From an uncultured Gammaproteobacteria bacterium (GTDB lineage Bacteria; Pseudomonadota; Gammaproteobacteria; Steroidobacterales; Steroidobacteraceae): DNA of 64,000 nt. A program made the translations under genes and the position numbers. Under the pieces are notes generated by a model that was not told the DNA's origin, did no database searches, and was given only the letters and a program-made list of their open reading frames with translations. Shown here in pieces: positions 38,936-49,433 of this stretch (the stretch's first letter is position 1; every line of letters starts with the position of its first letter). Location: NCBI GenBank assembly GCA_963764065.1, contig CAVXRM010000001.1:58-64057 (forward strand), read 5' to 3'.

Positions 38936-39759
38936 AGCGCGAGCTGCCACTGCAGCAGGTAGCCGCCAGTGGTCGGCACTACGGCCAGTTGCTGGCGCGC
39001 ATTGGCAGTTTCGCCCATGAATGCGCGCTTGAAGAAATTGGCGCTGAAATTGCCGATCGCGATGCTGACCAGCGTGTCCGCCGGGTAGTGTGCGCCCGCT
39101 TCAACGCGCGCCCATGCAGTGCCGAAAGTAACCGCATTCAGGCCATAGTCGAGTGCGCGGCGGCTGCCCACGCTCATCGGAATGTCATCGAGGTTGCGGG
39201 CCGCGAGGCGATCGTAGACGGCGGCAGTCACCGCATGGCCCGAGGGAAAACTCTGATCGTCGATGCCTGAGGGGCGCGTGCGGTGTGTGGTCTTCTTCAG
39301 CAGTACCGTGCTGCCAATGGCTGCGCTGCCCGCGGCCAGATCCACTGCGTAACCCTGCAGTTTGCTGCGCCACCACTGCGCATCAAAATCGCCACTGGGA
39401 GTGAGCAAGACCGTGGCGAAGTCAGCCACGGCTGCCGTGCTGCGCAGGCCATCGCTCCAGCGAGCGGCTTGCGCCTGCGAACCGAACAGCGGTGTCTCGC
39501 GCCGCGCCCAGCTGGAAATCCTGCGATCGAAGCCATCGATCTGCAGCCCCGCGGCGCCAACCAATGGCGCCCACACCCAGGGATCGGTGGCTGCCTCCGC
39601 AGCGGCACCGCGGATGCGGCTCCAGCCTGGCGCAGCCCTGACATCTTCGCCCCAGCGTCGGCCATCGGGGAGCGTGGCGCAGCCCGTGAGCAACGCGGAT
39701 GCTGCAAAGATTGCGGCCGCGGTGAGCAGCGACGATGGAAGTTTGATGCTCCGGATCAC
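38932..39759 (-). CDS. PAP2-family phosphatase lipoprotein
   Basis: Lipobox LLTGCA, with KKTTHRTRPSG, PSGH and EAGAHYPAD motifs. The start is uncertain; the ORF extends to 39870. Confidence 0.7.
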   Translation of the reverse strand: MIRSIKLPSSLLTAAAIFAASALLTGCATLPDGRRWGEDVRAAPGWSRIRGAAAEAATDPWVWAPLVGAAGLQIDGFDRRISSWARRETPLFGSQAQAARWSDGLRSTAAVADFATVLLTPSGDFDAQWWRSKLQGYAVDLAAGSAAIGSTVLLKKTTHRTRPSGIDDQSFPSGHAVTAAVYDRLAARNLDDIPMSVGSRRALDYGLNAVTFGTAWARVEAGAHYPADTLVSIAIGNFSANFFKRAFMGETANARQQLAVVPTTGGYLLQWQLAL

Positions 39760-39817
39760 CCGGGCGAATCTACGCCCACCGCATTTGCCGACGCTTAACT
39801 CGCAGGAGCAGCCGGGA

Positions 39818-40402
39818 TCAGAAGCTGAAAGGACCATGGCAGATCGACTGCGCGAGCGGCCGCCGGTCACTCGGCGTTTCGCGACGTCGCAGGTCTTCCG
39901 GCAGCACGTCAGGCCTAGCGGGCTTGCCGAGGACGATCATCGCCTCCACGGCAAACTGCGCGGGCACGCGCAGCACGCGCCGCGCGCGCTCGTAGTCGAA
40001 GCCCTGGATGCCGTGTGCCACGATGCCACTGAGCGAAGCCTGCAGCGCCAGGCTCATCCAGGCGGCGCCGCTGTCGTAGGAATGCGTGATGCAGGGGCGC
40101 TGCTCATCGGACTGCAGTCGCGAGATCACCAGCACCAGTGCACCCGCGCGCTCGGCCCAGACCCGATTGCCGGGCGCGAGCAGATCGAGGAACGCCGGCC
40201 AGAACTCGCTGTCGCGGCGCGCATACAGGAAGCGCCAGGGCTGGAAGTTCGACGACGAGGGCGCCCAGCGTGCCGCTTCGAACAGCATCAGCATTTCCGC
40301 CTCGCTCAATGACTCGCCGGAGAACGCGCGCCTCGACCAGCGATCCAGGAACTGCGGGTTTACTTCATGCTCGCGGTGACGCTGAGTGCTGTCCTTGATC
40401 AT
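39818..40402 (-). CDS. nitroreductase-family protein
   Basis: RWSRRAF...ARWAPSSSNFQPWRF motif. Confidence 0.85.
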   Translation of the reverse strand: MIKDSTQRHREHEVNPQFLDRWSRRAFSGESLSEAEMLMLFEAARWAPSSSNFQPWRFLYARRDSEFWPAFLDLLAPGNRVWAERAGALVLVISRLQSDEQRPCITHSYDSGAAWMSLALQASLSGIVAHGIQGFDYERARRVLRVPAQFAVEAMIVLGKPARPDVLPEDLRRRETPSDRRPLAQSICHGPFSF

Positions 40403-40494
40403 CTGCCTTGTCCTTGTGAGCCCTGGTGCGGACGCGTAATCTGCGCTGTGCCAGTTGACAATTCTATAAGCAAAACACCAGGAGTGATCGCACC

Positions 40495-40698
40495 ATGTCC
40501 GTAGCCAGAGTGACCGAACTGACTTCTTCCTCGAAGAAGAGCTTTGATGATGCCATTACCAGCGGACTCAAGCGCGCCACCAAGACGCTCAAGAACGTCG
40601 CCTCGGCCTGGATCGCCAGCCAGGAAGTCGTGCTGAAAGATGACAAGGTGGTCGAATATCGGGTCCGCATGAAAGTGACCTTCGTGCTCTCGAAATAG
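40495..40698 (+). CDS. dodecin-family protein
   Basis: 67 aa. VARVTELTSSSKKSFDDAI...YRVRMKVTF. Confidence 0.85.
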   Translation: MSVARVTELTSSSKKSFDDAITSGLKRATKTLKNVASAWIASQEVVLKDDKVVEYRVRMKVTFVLSK

Positions 40699-40821
40699 TC
40701 AATGCTGTCCGGCCCGGGGCGTGCTGCGCACCCGGGGTGGACGGCATTTTGAGTATTATGAGGTTGCCAGAGTGCAACCCGCTCCGGATAATCCGCGCCC
40801 TTTGGATTTCGCGGAGCAATC

Positions 40822-41553
40822 ATGACTTTGAGCAGACCGATTATCGCCGGCGTACTGTTGACGCTGGCTTCCATGGCCACACACGCCGACCCGGCAGCTG
40901 CTGCACCGGCGCCGCCGGCGGGCTGGCAGGGCAAGGGCGAAGCCGGCATCGTGTTCGCGCGCGGCAATACCGTCGCCGACACCATCAACTTCAAGCTCGG
41001 CATGAGCGAAGTGGTCGACCAGTGGAAGCATTCACTGGAGATGGCGGCGCTGCGCGCCACCAGCAATCACATCAAGAGCGCCGATCGCTACATGGCGGGC
41101 TGGCAGTCGGATTACAAGCTCAGTGCGCGCAGCTTCTGGTTCGGCGCGCTGCGCTACGAGAATGACAAGTTCAGCGGCTTCGACTACCAGACCAGTGCCA
41201 GCACCGGTTACGGCTACAAGTTCTACGACACCGACCGGGTCAAGCTCTCGGGCCAGGCGGGCGTTGGCTATCGCCGTTTCAAGGAAACGCTGACGGGCGA
41301 CTCCAAGGGTGATGCGGTATTCGTTGCCGGCATGGACTACGAGAACAAGCTCACGGCCACGACCAAGGTGGTGGACAAGTTCCATGCGGAGGCGGGCTCG
41401 AACAATGTCCTGCTCGCGAACTTCCTCGGCCTCGAGGTCAAGATGAGCGATGCGCTGGCGCTGTCGGTCGGTTTCGACGTGCGTGACAACACCAAGAGTC
41501 CGAACAAGAAGGTCGACACGATCAGCACCGTGAACCTGGTGTTCGCGTTCTGA
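40822..41553 (+). CDS. DUF481-family outer-membrane beta-barrel protein
   Basis: Signal peptide, GEAGIVFARGNT, alternating beta-strand pattern, and C-terminal F. Confidence 0.75.
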   Translation: MTLSRPIIAGVLLTLASMATHADPAAAAPAPPAGWQGKGEAGIVFARGNTVADTINFKLGMSEVVDQWKHSLEMAALRATSNHIKSADRYMAGWQSDYKLSARSFWFGALRYENDKFSGFDYQTSASTGYGYKFYDTDRVKLSGQAGVGYRRFKETLTGDSKGDAVFVAGMDYENKLTATTKVVDKFHAEAGSNNVLLANFLGLEVKMSDALALSVGFDVRDNTKSPNKKVDTISTVNLVFAF

Positions 41554-41573
41554 ACTGTCGCGTTGGAAGAAAA

Positions 41574-41601
41574 GGGGCCCGCACTACGCGGTGCGGGCCC
41601 C
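41574..41601. terminator. bidirectional hairpin terminator between convergent genes
   Basis: GGGGCCCGCAC-TACGCG-GTGCGGGCCCC with a preceding A-run. Confidence 0.6.
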
Positions 41602-41637
41602 TGCTTCCTGAACTTGGCGCGTCAGTGCTTCAGCGCA

Positions 41638-43564
41638 TCAGTCGTTGAGCAGCACCACCAGGTGCGCGGCGCTGAAGCTGTTGCCGCCAGCGTCGTAGCT
41701 GCCCGCACCGGTCAGGGCCAGCGCCGTGGTAGCACCCTGCATGTCGCCGGCCAGTGCCGTGATGAAATCGCCGAAGTTCGAGTAGTTGTCGATCGCATGA
41801 CTGTGGGCGTGGCCGATCGCGTACCAGTTGTCGGTTCCGTTGGCCGCCACGATCTGCGGCGTCGCCGCCAGCGACAGCAGGTTGATGCGACCCGGCCCGA
41901 CCTGCAGGAAATGCAGTGCGCCGACACCGCTCAGGTCGAGACTGAGCGCAGTTGATGACATGCTGAGGCCCGGGAAGGCAGCGCCTGATCCGCCATGCGA
42001 CCAGTTCACGGCCAGCTCGCTGCCCACATCGGCGTAGCTCACCACGCTCAGTGCGCGAAAATCAGTGTTGGTAGCGCTGCCGAAAGGCAGGACGAACCCG
42101 AAGGCGCGCGCCGGTGCGCCGACCGCCAGACCGGTGAGCGGAATCGAGCCGGTGTCAATCGCATAGGCGGCCGGATTGGCATCGCTGGCCGGGCTGGCGC
42201 CGGTGCCGCTGAAATCGAAGTGCGCGGGATCGCGGCCATCGATGGCCTGCAGGTCGAGCACCAGCGGACTGGCGACGGCGCCCGTGACCATGCCCCACAG
42301 CGGCGTGATCTCGAGACGCACGCGACCGGCGCTGGCATCGAGCGTCGCTCCACCGCTGGCGGCATCGATCGTCACCGTGCCCGCGGCATTGATGTGCTGG
42401 CCGACCGAAATGTCGCCGCTGCCAAAGCTCCCCATCTGGCCGGCTTCGGTGACCTTCGTGGTGTCGGCCACTGTCACCGTTACGGGGCCGCGCAGGAACA
42501 CGAAGCTGCCGTCCTGTCGATCGAGCGTCGCACCGCGCACGCTCAGCGAGTTGCCATTGCGCGCAACCACTACGCCGTGCACCCGATCGGCCAGGTTGCT
42601 CGAGGCTGCTGCCGGCCAGTACGCGCCTGGCCGTGAAACTGAAGTCGCTGGTCGAGAGCGTACCGAAGGCCGCGGTCAGCGTGCCCGCGCTCATGCTGGC
42701 CAGTTGCGCGAGACCGGCAGCGCCGCTGTAGGCCACGCCATCGATCTCGTAGTTGGTGTTGGTGTCCGTGTGCACCACGACCTGGCCGACATCACCCTGC
42801 TGCAGGTAGAAGGGCCGCACATTCACGGTGTAGGTCGAGCTGGCAGTATCGGTGCTGACCAGCGCGCCGCGCACGCGGATATCCAGGTTTGCGGGCGGCA
42901 CCACGCTCGCCTGGATCACCGGCGACACCTGTACGGTGGCCGTGCCAAGCTCGACGATGTTCGAGGCCGCGAGGTTGAAGTCGAAGGCCAGGCGTGAAGT
43001 GCGCGCCCGCGTGATCAGCAGATGATGGCGATTGTCGAGTTGTACGGCGAGCTCCACCTGGCCACTGAGCGCGTTGCCCTGCGAGTCGACCGGCGTCAGC
43101 GCAACGCTGCCGCCATTGCCATCATCGGCCGTGATGCTGGCATTGGAATAGTCGAGCGTGATGGTCGCGCCGACATACTCGCCGGAAGGAATCTGCCCGG
43201 CGCTGATCAGCTCGGAGAGCGAGACCAGTTGTTCGAAGTCGATGCGCGTGGTGGCCGGTACGGTTTCGACCACCGCGCCGCTGGCCTTGCGCAGCTTCAA
43301 TGACACCACATCGACGGTGTAGCTCTGGAAGTCGCCGGCGGCATCCTGCAGCGTGATGAGTGCAGTGCCACAGTCGCTCCCGCAGGTGCCGGAGCCGCCG
43401 CCTCCGCCGCCGGCAGACATGCCGGAACCGCCGCCACAGGCGAGCAGCAGTGCGGTGCAGGTCGTAGCCAGCAGTGCGTTGCGCAGTGCCGGCAGGCTGG
43501 CCATGAAACGGGTGATCCAGGCGCGCGGCGCACTGGATGGGAGGCGTTGCGGTATCGTGTTCAT
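41638..43564 (-). pseudogene. large DUF4382-like lipoprotein, one frameshift near 42598
   Basis: Lipobox LLLACGGG. The N-terminal part is in the frame of ORF 42155-43618 and the C-terminal part in the frame of ORF 41638-42582. Confidence 0.6.
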
Positions 43565-43688
43565 TGGGCACTCCATCGGGTCGGTTGCAGCGTGGGAGAC
43601 AGTTCCTGCCTGCCACAACGTTGCCGGGGGAGTGGGGTTGACGGCCGCGACTGGCGCTGCGCGGCGACAAAGACTATGTCGGCCGTGC

Positions 43689-44471
43689 TTATGTCACCAA
43701 TACCAGCAGCACGATGCCGGCGACGATGCGATACCACGCGAACACGGTGAAGCGGTGGCTCTGTATATAGTGCAACAGCCACTTCACTGCGGCGAAGGCC
43801 ACCAGGCCCGAGACCACGAAGGCCACGGCCAGTGCAGTCCAGTCCTCGCGCGCGGCTTGCGCATGGGGCTGCTGCATGAATTCAAAAGCCGTGGCTGCCA
43901 GCATGGTCGGAATGCCGACCAGAAAGGCAAACTCGGTTGCCGCGGCGCGCGCAGTCAGGCCAGCGAGCATGGCAGCGAAGATGGTCGCAGCCGAACGCGA
44001 AGTGCCGGGAAATACGGCCGCGAGTATCTGGCAGGCACCGACCCAGAAGGCGACCGACCAGGTGACTTCGGCACTGAGGCGCCGTCCTGCCACCAGCCAC
44101 TCCACGATCAATATCGCGACGCCGCCGATGATCAGGGCCCAGGCCACCGGATACACGGTGGCGGGCAGTGCCGCGCCGAGCTTCTTGGCCAGCAGACCAC
44201 CGACACTGGTAACGGCGAAGGCGAACAGGAGCTTCTGCAGGTAGTCGCGTTGCGCGGCAACGCCAAGGCCCGTGGCCAGCTCGCGCACGCGCGGCCAGAA
44301 CACCAGCACGGCCGCGAAGATCGCGCCGGCCTGGATGGCCACGTTGAACAGCTCCGAGCGCGGACCCAGCCAGTGTTCGGCGATCAGCAGGTGGCCGGTA
44401 CTCGAAACCGGGATGAACTCGGTCAGGCCCTCGATGATTCCGAGCAACACCGCCGCCAGTAGATCGTGCAC
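43689..44471 (-). CDS. uppP: undecaprenyl-diphosphate phosphatase
   Basis: GIIEGLTEFIPVSSTGHL N-terminal motif and an 8-helix profile. Confidence 0.9.
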   Translation of the reverse strand: MHDLLAAVLLGIIEGLTEFIPVSSTGHLLIAEHWLGPRSELFNVAIQAGAIFAAVLVFWPRVRELATGLGVAAQRDYLQKLLFAFAVTSVGGLLAKKLGAALPATVYPVAWALIIGGVAILIVEWLVAGRRLSAEVTWSVAFWVGACQILAAVFPGTSRSAATIFAAMLAGLTARAAATEFAFLVGIPTMLAATAFEFMQQPHAQAAREDWTALAVAFVVSGLVAFAAVKWLLHYIQSHRFTVFAWYRIVAGIVLLVLVT

Positions 44472-44579
44472 TCCCGCTCCTCATTCCCTGGTTCAGCAGG
44501 CATATTAGCCCGCCGGGGCAGCGCGGACTGTGCCTCGCAGCAGCCACTAAGGGCTCGTTAAGATACGGCTCTTTATAGC

Positions 44580-44897
44580 ATGAGGGTTATGACCAGCGCG
44601 TTGCGCAGCCGGTGTGCAGCGCATTACTCTATGGCCCCGGACATACTTACCGAGAACGGAGACGCCAGGATGGCAGCGATTCAGAAAACCGATCTGACCA
44701 CCGTCAAGAAAGTGCTGACCAGTTTTGCAGTGGGTCGCATGCAGGATTCGACGGTGCAGCTCGAAGCAGAGTTCGGCGACCTGTTGTTGTTCATGATCAG
44801 CCTGGCCGACAAGCAGGGCATAGACCTGCTGCGTGCCGGTCAGCGTCAGGTAGAACGCCGCGCCAAGACCATGCCTCGCGCGGTGCGCGGCAGCTGA
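44580..44897 (+). CDS. MazG-like pyrophosphohydrolase fragment (uncertain)
   Basis: The EAEFGDLLLFMISLADKQGIDL helix resembles MazG. The N-terminal part is atypical. Confidence 0.3.
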   Translation: MRVMTSALRSRCAAHYSMAPDILTENGDARMAAIQKTDLTTVKKVLTSFAVGRMQDSTVQLEAEFGDLLLFMISLADKQGIDLLRAGQRQVERRAKTMPRAVRGS

Positions 44898-44920
44898 AAG
44901 TTGCGGTCAGACGGTGCCGG

Positions 44921-45448
44921 CTATTTGACCACCTTCAGCGTGATCGGGCACTGCTTCTGCGGGCAGACCGCTTCATCGCAATAACGGCACATCGCCTCGG
45001 CGTGTTCGCTGCAGGTGGTGATGTCGTACAGCAGCGTTTCGATCGTCGCGGTGAACTGTTGTTGCTGGCGTGTATCGAGTGATTGCATAAGCCCATCGAG
45101 ATATTTGCTGCGCGTGCGCAGCACCACCTGCATGCGCCGCTGTCCGGCCGCCGAGAGGTGCAAGGCCACGACGCGCCGATCCTTGCCCTCGCGCCGCTGT
45201 ACCAGGCCGGCCTGTTCCAGCTTGTCGACCACGCGTACGCAGCCTGAATGGCTGAGCTGCAGCGCGCCACTCAGGAAGTCGACGCTGCGACCCTGGTTGA
45301 AGCCGATGACCACCAGCGCCGCGGCGGCCTGACCGCTGAGGCCCAGCTCCGACTCGATGCGTTCGAGCATCTGGTCGTGGACGGCGACGACAAAGGCTCC
45401 AAGCAGGTTGGAGCTTCGGGAAAATTGCAGTTTGGTCGATGGCAGCAT
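44921..45448 (-). CDS. MarR-family transcriptional regulator with Cys-rich C-terminal tail
   Basis: Winged-helix core (SHSGCVRVVDKLEQAGLVQRREGKDRR) plus a CSEHAEAMCRYCDEAVCPQKQC tail. Confidence 0.8.
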   Translation of the reverse strand: MLPSTKLQFSRSSNLLGAFVVAVHDQMLERIESELGLSGQAAAALVVIGFNQGRSVDFLSGALQLSHSGCVRVVDKLEQAGLVQRREGKDRRVVALHLSAAGQRRMQVVLRTRSKYLDGLMQSLDTRQQQQFTATIETLLYDITTCSEHAEAMCRYCDEAVCPQKQCPITLKVVK

Positions 45449-45522
45449 CCGTGCACCTCGCAGGGGGATGGAATTATACGCTGTGATCTCAGGACTGGTG
45501 CTACTCGCCTAGTTTAACTGGT

Positions 45523-45552
45523 TTGACATATGCATGTAGCATACAGTATATC
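45523..45552 (+). promoter_or_regulatory. sigma70-like promoter in AT-rich divergent marR intergenic region
   Basis: TTGACA, 17 nt spacer, GTATAT(C), about 85 nt upstream of ORF 45634. Confidence 0.45.
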
Positions 45553-45633
45553 ATTCCAGCATAGAAAATTCAGCAGCTGCAGCAGCGGCGGTGCCTGAAA
45601 AACCAGAACGGATCGAGCAGCAGGAGGCAGGCC

Positions 45634-46644
45634 ATGATCAGCGCACCCGAACCGCCAAAAGCTCTGGAAGCGGCGCGTTCGCGGCCATTCGTGCCAGCCA
45701 AGAATCATCAGGTCAAGTGTGGCCAAGCCAGCAGTATACTAAGTGACGACCTGCAGACCTGGTTTCGTCATTCGCTGGGCTGCGTAGCCGGCCGGCGCGA
45801 GTTCGCCGCCGATCGCTATTTCGCCGTCGAGGTGCACAGCCTCAGCGATGTCGTGATCGGCTGGCGCCGCTTCCTCGGTGCGCTCGAGCGTCGCGAGTCG
45901 ATCGCCTGCATGTACGTGATCCGCGATCCTGCCAGGACGCTGGCAGCTCCACACGTACGCGGCCCGCTGGTGGGTGTGCGCCCCGCGATCTCGGCGCTGG
46001 CTGAAATCATGAGCACACTCTCGGAGGAGGCGCCGGGCGAGCTGGCCGCCGGCGGCGCGCTCAATTTTGTGATTAATCTGATATGTCCCGTGACCGCCTG
46101 TCGCACGGCCTTCTTTGACTTCGATGCGGTGGCTTTCGTGCCCGGAGCCGAAAACCTGGCCGACCCCCTCTATGACCCGCTGATGTCGGCACCCGTACCA
46201 CTGGTCAATATCACTTCTGATATCTACGCCTTCTCGATGTTCACCCGCGACCAGGGCCTGAGCCGCTTCGATTGCGAGATCACACAGCTCACCCGGCGCG
46301 AACGCCGCTACCTGTTCGAGCAGTCCAGCGTGGCCTGGCAGGCGATGGCCGAAATGACCATCCGCAACTATGCCGCCCAGGTCGACCAGAACCGCTGCCC
46401 CACCCACCTCACGGAAGACCGCCGCTCCTGGGTGGCCAATCATCGCGACCCGGCCTTTGCGGAAATGGAAAAGCGTCCGTTCCTGCACGAAATGCCGGTG
46501 CAGTACACCGCGAGGATCGTGGCCACCTGGCAGCGCTACTTTGACCGTGGCACCTGGCCCAGCTATGGCGATATCGCCGCCGCGGGCGACAAGCTGGTGG
46601 CGCACTGCCCGTTGGGAGTGCGACTGTGCGCGTCGAACGCGTAG
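45634..46644 (+). CDS. hypothetical protein (336 aa)
   Basis: AGGAGG RBS and ATG start. First gene of an operon divergent from marR. No family recognised. Confidence 0.5.
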   Translation: MISAPEPPKALEAARSRPFVPAKNHQVKCGQASSILSDDLQTWFRHSLGCVAGRREFAADRYFAVEVHSLSDVVIGWRRFLGALERRESIACMYVIRDPARTLAAPHVRGPLVGVRPAISALAEIMSTLSEEAPGELAAGGALNFVINLICPVTACRTAFFDFDAVAFVPGAENLADPLYDPLMSAPVPLVNITSDIYAFSMFTRDQGLSRFDCEITQLTRRERRYLFEQSSVAWQAMAEMTIRNYAAQVDQNRCPTHLTEDRRSWVANHRDPAFAEMEKRPFLHEMPVQYTARIVATWQRYFDRGTWPSYGDIAAAGDKLVAHCPLGVRLCASNA

Positions 46645-47828
46645 CTGAGCGACTCGGCCCGCGGGTCCTCGGGCGACTGGTGCGCATCAATGCCGTGTCC
46701 TTCCTGGCGCAGATCGTGCAGATCGGAACGGTCCCGGCACTCATGGCCTTGCGACTCAACGCGGCCCATCATTCACCGCTGATCGTCGGAGTTGTCGCCG
46801 GCGCCCCCTGGCTCGCGATCCTGCTGCTGGGCGGCTGGGCACCCGCGCTGCTGCGCCGTTGCGGGTTCGTGACAACAAATCGCATCGGCCTGGGGCTGTC
46901 GATCCTGGCGCTGGCGAGCGCACTGCCCGAGACCCGGCCGCTGGCGCTGTTCATCTCGAACTTCGTATTTGGCATCGGCCTGATCCTGCGCTGGGTGGCC
47001 TGCGACACCTGGATCGTCAGCGTTGCGCCCGAGTTCATCCGCGGGCGAGCGATCGGCACCCACGAGACACTGATGGGCTGCGGCATTGCGGCCGGTCCGC
47101 TGCTGATATTGCTGACCGGCTTTGACGGCGCCTTGCCGTTCCTGGCGTGCATCGGCTTGCTGCTGTGCAGTGCAAGCGTGCTGTTCTTCCTCGGTGACTG
47201 CGATGGACATCCGGAGGCGGCCAGCCGCTCGCAGCGGCTGGCGATGGTACGCATCGTGCCCGCAGCGCTGATGGCCGGTTTCGTGGCCGGCGCGGTCGAG
47301 ACTTCCTCGATCTCCTTCCTGCCGGTGCTGAGCGAGCGGCACCTGTTCGTACTCGGTGTAACCGCGGTCCTTGGCGGCTTTGGCGCCGGCGGCACGCTGC
47401 TGCAGATACCACTGGGCTGGCTGGCTGACCGGGCCGGCTTCCGCCTTGCGCAGCTGCTCACGGCGTTCACGATCGTCGCCTGCGTGCTGGTATTGCCCTG
47501 GGTCGCTACGTTCCCGGCGCTGCTGTTGGCGCTGTTGTTCCTCTGGGGCGGCGCCGCCGGCGGAATGAATACGCTGGCGGTCATCGAGGTCGGCCAGCGT
47601 ATTGACGGTGCCGGCATGTCGACAGGGCTGATGGCCGTGGCTTTGGCGTATACAATCGGCAGCGTGACAGGTCCCGTGTTGACCGGATGGGCTACCGAGA
47701 TTTTCCACGGCCGCGGCTTGCCGATCGTCGTGGCCGCTTCGGTGTCGGCATTCATTGCGGTGTGGGCTGCAACCGCATTGAGGTTTCCCCAACTACATTT
47801 CAAGGGTGCGGCGGTGACACGAGAATGA
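46626..47828 (+). CDS. MFS transporter
   Basis: About 12 hydrophobic helices. Overlaps the upstream ORF. Confidence 0.85.
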   Translation: MRVERVAERLGPRVLGRLVRINAVSFLAQIVQIGTVPALMALRLNAAHHSPLIVGVVAGAPWLAILLLGGWAPALLRRCGFVTTNRIGLGLSILALASALPETRPLALFISNFVFGIGLILRWVACDTWIVSVAPEFIRGRAIGTHETLMGCGIAAGPLLILLTGFDGALPFLACIGLLLCSASVLFFLGDCDGHPEAASRSQRLAMVRIVPAALMAGFVAGAVETSSISFLPVLSERHLFVLGVTAVLGGFGAGGTLLQIPLGWLADRAGFRLAQLLTAFTIVACVLVLPWVATFPALLLALLFLWGGAAGGMNTLAVIEVGQRIDGAGMSTGLMAVALAYTIGSVTGPVLTGWATEIFHGRGLPIVVAASVSAFIAVWAATALRFPQLHFKGAAVTRE

Positions 47829-48454
47829 AAACTGCTATCGACCTGAAGTTCAACCGCGGTCTGGTGTGGGCGACACTCCATTGTCCTGTGACGCAGCCAG
47901 GCAGCGAGCCACTCAACACGCGCGTGCAGGCCTTCGCTCGCCTGGTGTCGTGCTGGCGCATCCTGATCGACTGTCGCAAGCTCGGCGCGACTGAAGTCAC
48001 TGAAGCACCCGATTGGCACCAGACACTGCTGGGTCAGCTGCGCTTGCCGGAAGGCTCGCGCGCCGCGCTGGTGTTCGATGATACCCGTGCCGTCAACATG
48101 GCCCAGCTGCGCACGCGTCTGGTACACGGACAAACCACTGCGGTATTCAGCGAGCTGCGCGCCGCGGTGCGCTGGTTGCGTGCCGTCGATGCGCCGCTGA
48201 CGCGACGGCGCCAGCCCTTGCCGCTCGGCGCGATCAAAGAGCTGCTGCATCAGTATGCACACGCGCGGCGCGATGGCGATCGCGCGCAACTGGGCAGCGA
48301 TCTGGCCGAGCTGTACCGTTTCCTGCTCGAGCAGGCGGACCAGATGGGCATCGATCCGCAGCGTGCCATCGAACTGAATCGTGCGCGCGCGGCGCGCTGG
48401 CGGCCGCGGCTGGTGCACTCGCGCGATCCGAAGCTGCGCAACACGCGTCACTGA
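47825..48454 (+). CDS. hypothetical protein with MazG-like C-terminal helix pair
   Basis: ATGA overlap with the MFS stop. LGSDLAELYRFLLEQADQMGIDP resembles MazG. Confidence 0.5.
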   Translation: MKTAIDLKFNRGLVWATLHCPVTQPGSEPLNTRVQAFARLVSCWRILIDCRKLGATEVTEAPDWHQTLLGQLRLPEGSRAALVFDDTRAVNMAQLRTRLVHGQTTAVFSELRAAVRWLRAVDAPLTRRRQPLPLGAIKELLHQYAHARRDGDRAQLGSDLAELYRFLLEQADQMGIDPQRAIELNRARAARWRPRLVHSRDPKLRNTRH

Positions 48455-48527
48455 GGCACGCGCACCGGGTGACTCGCGACACGCGCCGTGCTGACGGCGC
48501 AGATGCAGCTCGGTCTATACTTGCCTG

Positions 48528-49433
48528 ATGACTAGCAGAGCGTGGATGGCATTCGCGGCCCTCGGCCTGATCTGGGGCTTGCCGTACTTCTTCATCAAGG
48601 TTGCGCTGCAGGAGCTCTCGCCACTCGTGGTCGCCTGGGGGCGATTGGCGCTGGCGGCGCTGATCCTGCTGCCGGTGGCCTGGCGGCGCGGTGCACTCGG
48701 CACTATCGGCGGCCACTGGGGCGCGATCACGGCATTCGCGCTGGTGGAATTCGTAATCCCCTTCACCGCGATCTCGGTCGGCGAACGCTGGATCAGTTCT
48801 TCCGTGACGGGCATCCTGATCGCCCTGGTGCCGCTCACCGTGGTGCTGATCTCGCGCTTCTTCGCCTTGCATGAGCCTCTGAGTTTATGGCGCGGCGTCG
48901 GCCTGGCCACGGGTCTGCTGGGTGTGGTGTCGTTGCTGGGTTTCGGCACCGTTTCCGGTCCCTTGGCCTGGGCCGGTGTGGCCTGCATGCTGCTGGCTAC
49001 CGTGGGCTATGCCACCGGGCCGCTGATCGTGCAACGTTACATGACCGGGCTTGAATCGATTGGTCCGGTGGCGGCGAGCGTGGGTGTTGCCGCACTGGTG
49101 CTGACGCTCCCGGCAGCACTGAGCTTTCCGCGCCAGTGGCCCAGTACCCAGGTGCTGGTGGCGCTGCTGGTGCTCGGCGCCGTGTGCACGGCGGTGGCGA
49201 TGCTGTTGATGGTCTACCTGATACGCAGTGCCGGCGCGGCGCGCGCTTCGGTGATCACCTACATCAATCCGGCGGTGGCGACGCTGCTCGGCGTGATGGT
49301 ATTGAACGAGCATCTGGGAGTCGGTGGCGTGCTGGCCTTCGCACTGATCCTGCTCGGCTCGTGGCTGTCGACCCGTGGCAAGCCGCGCGCCGTGAGTGCA
49401 GTCACGGAGGAGTTGGCACATGAGCGCGGCTGA
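48528..49433 (+). CDS. DMT (EamA) family transporter
   Basis: 10-helix profile with duplicated EamA halves. Confidence 0.85.
   Translation: MTSRAWMAFAALGLIWGLPYFFIKVALQELSPLVVAWGRLALAALILLPVAWRRGALGTIGGHWGAITAFALVEFVIPFTAISVGERWISSSVTGILIALVPLTVVLISRFFALHEPLSLWRGVGLATGLLGVVSLLGFGTVSGPLAWAGVACMLLATVGYATGPLIVQRYMTGLESIGPVAASVGVAALVLTLPAALSFPRQWPSTQVLVALLVLGAVCTAVAMLLMVYLIRSAGAARASVITYINPAVATLLGVMVLNEHLGVGGVLAFALILLGSWLSTRGKPRAVSAVTEELAHERG

Noticed and set aside
40700-40760. Possible terminator hairpin after the dodecin gene (CCCGGG...CCCGGG)
   Set aside because: The stem is only ~6 bp and there is no T-run.
46769-48451. 560-aa minus-strand ORF
   Set aside because: Antisense to the MFS transporter and the downstream ORF. 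Low-complexity composition.
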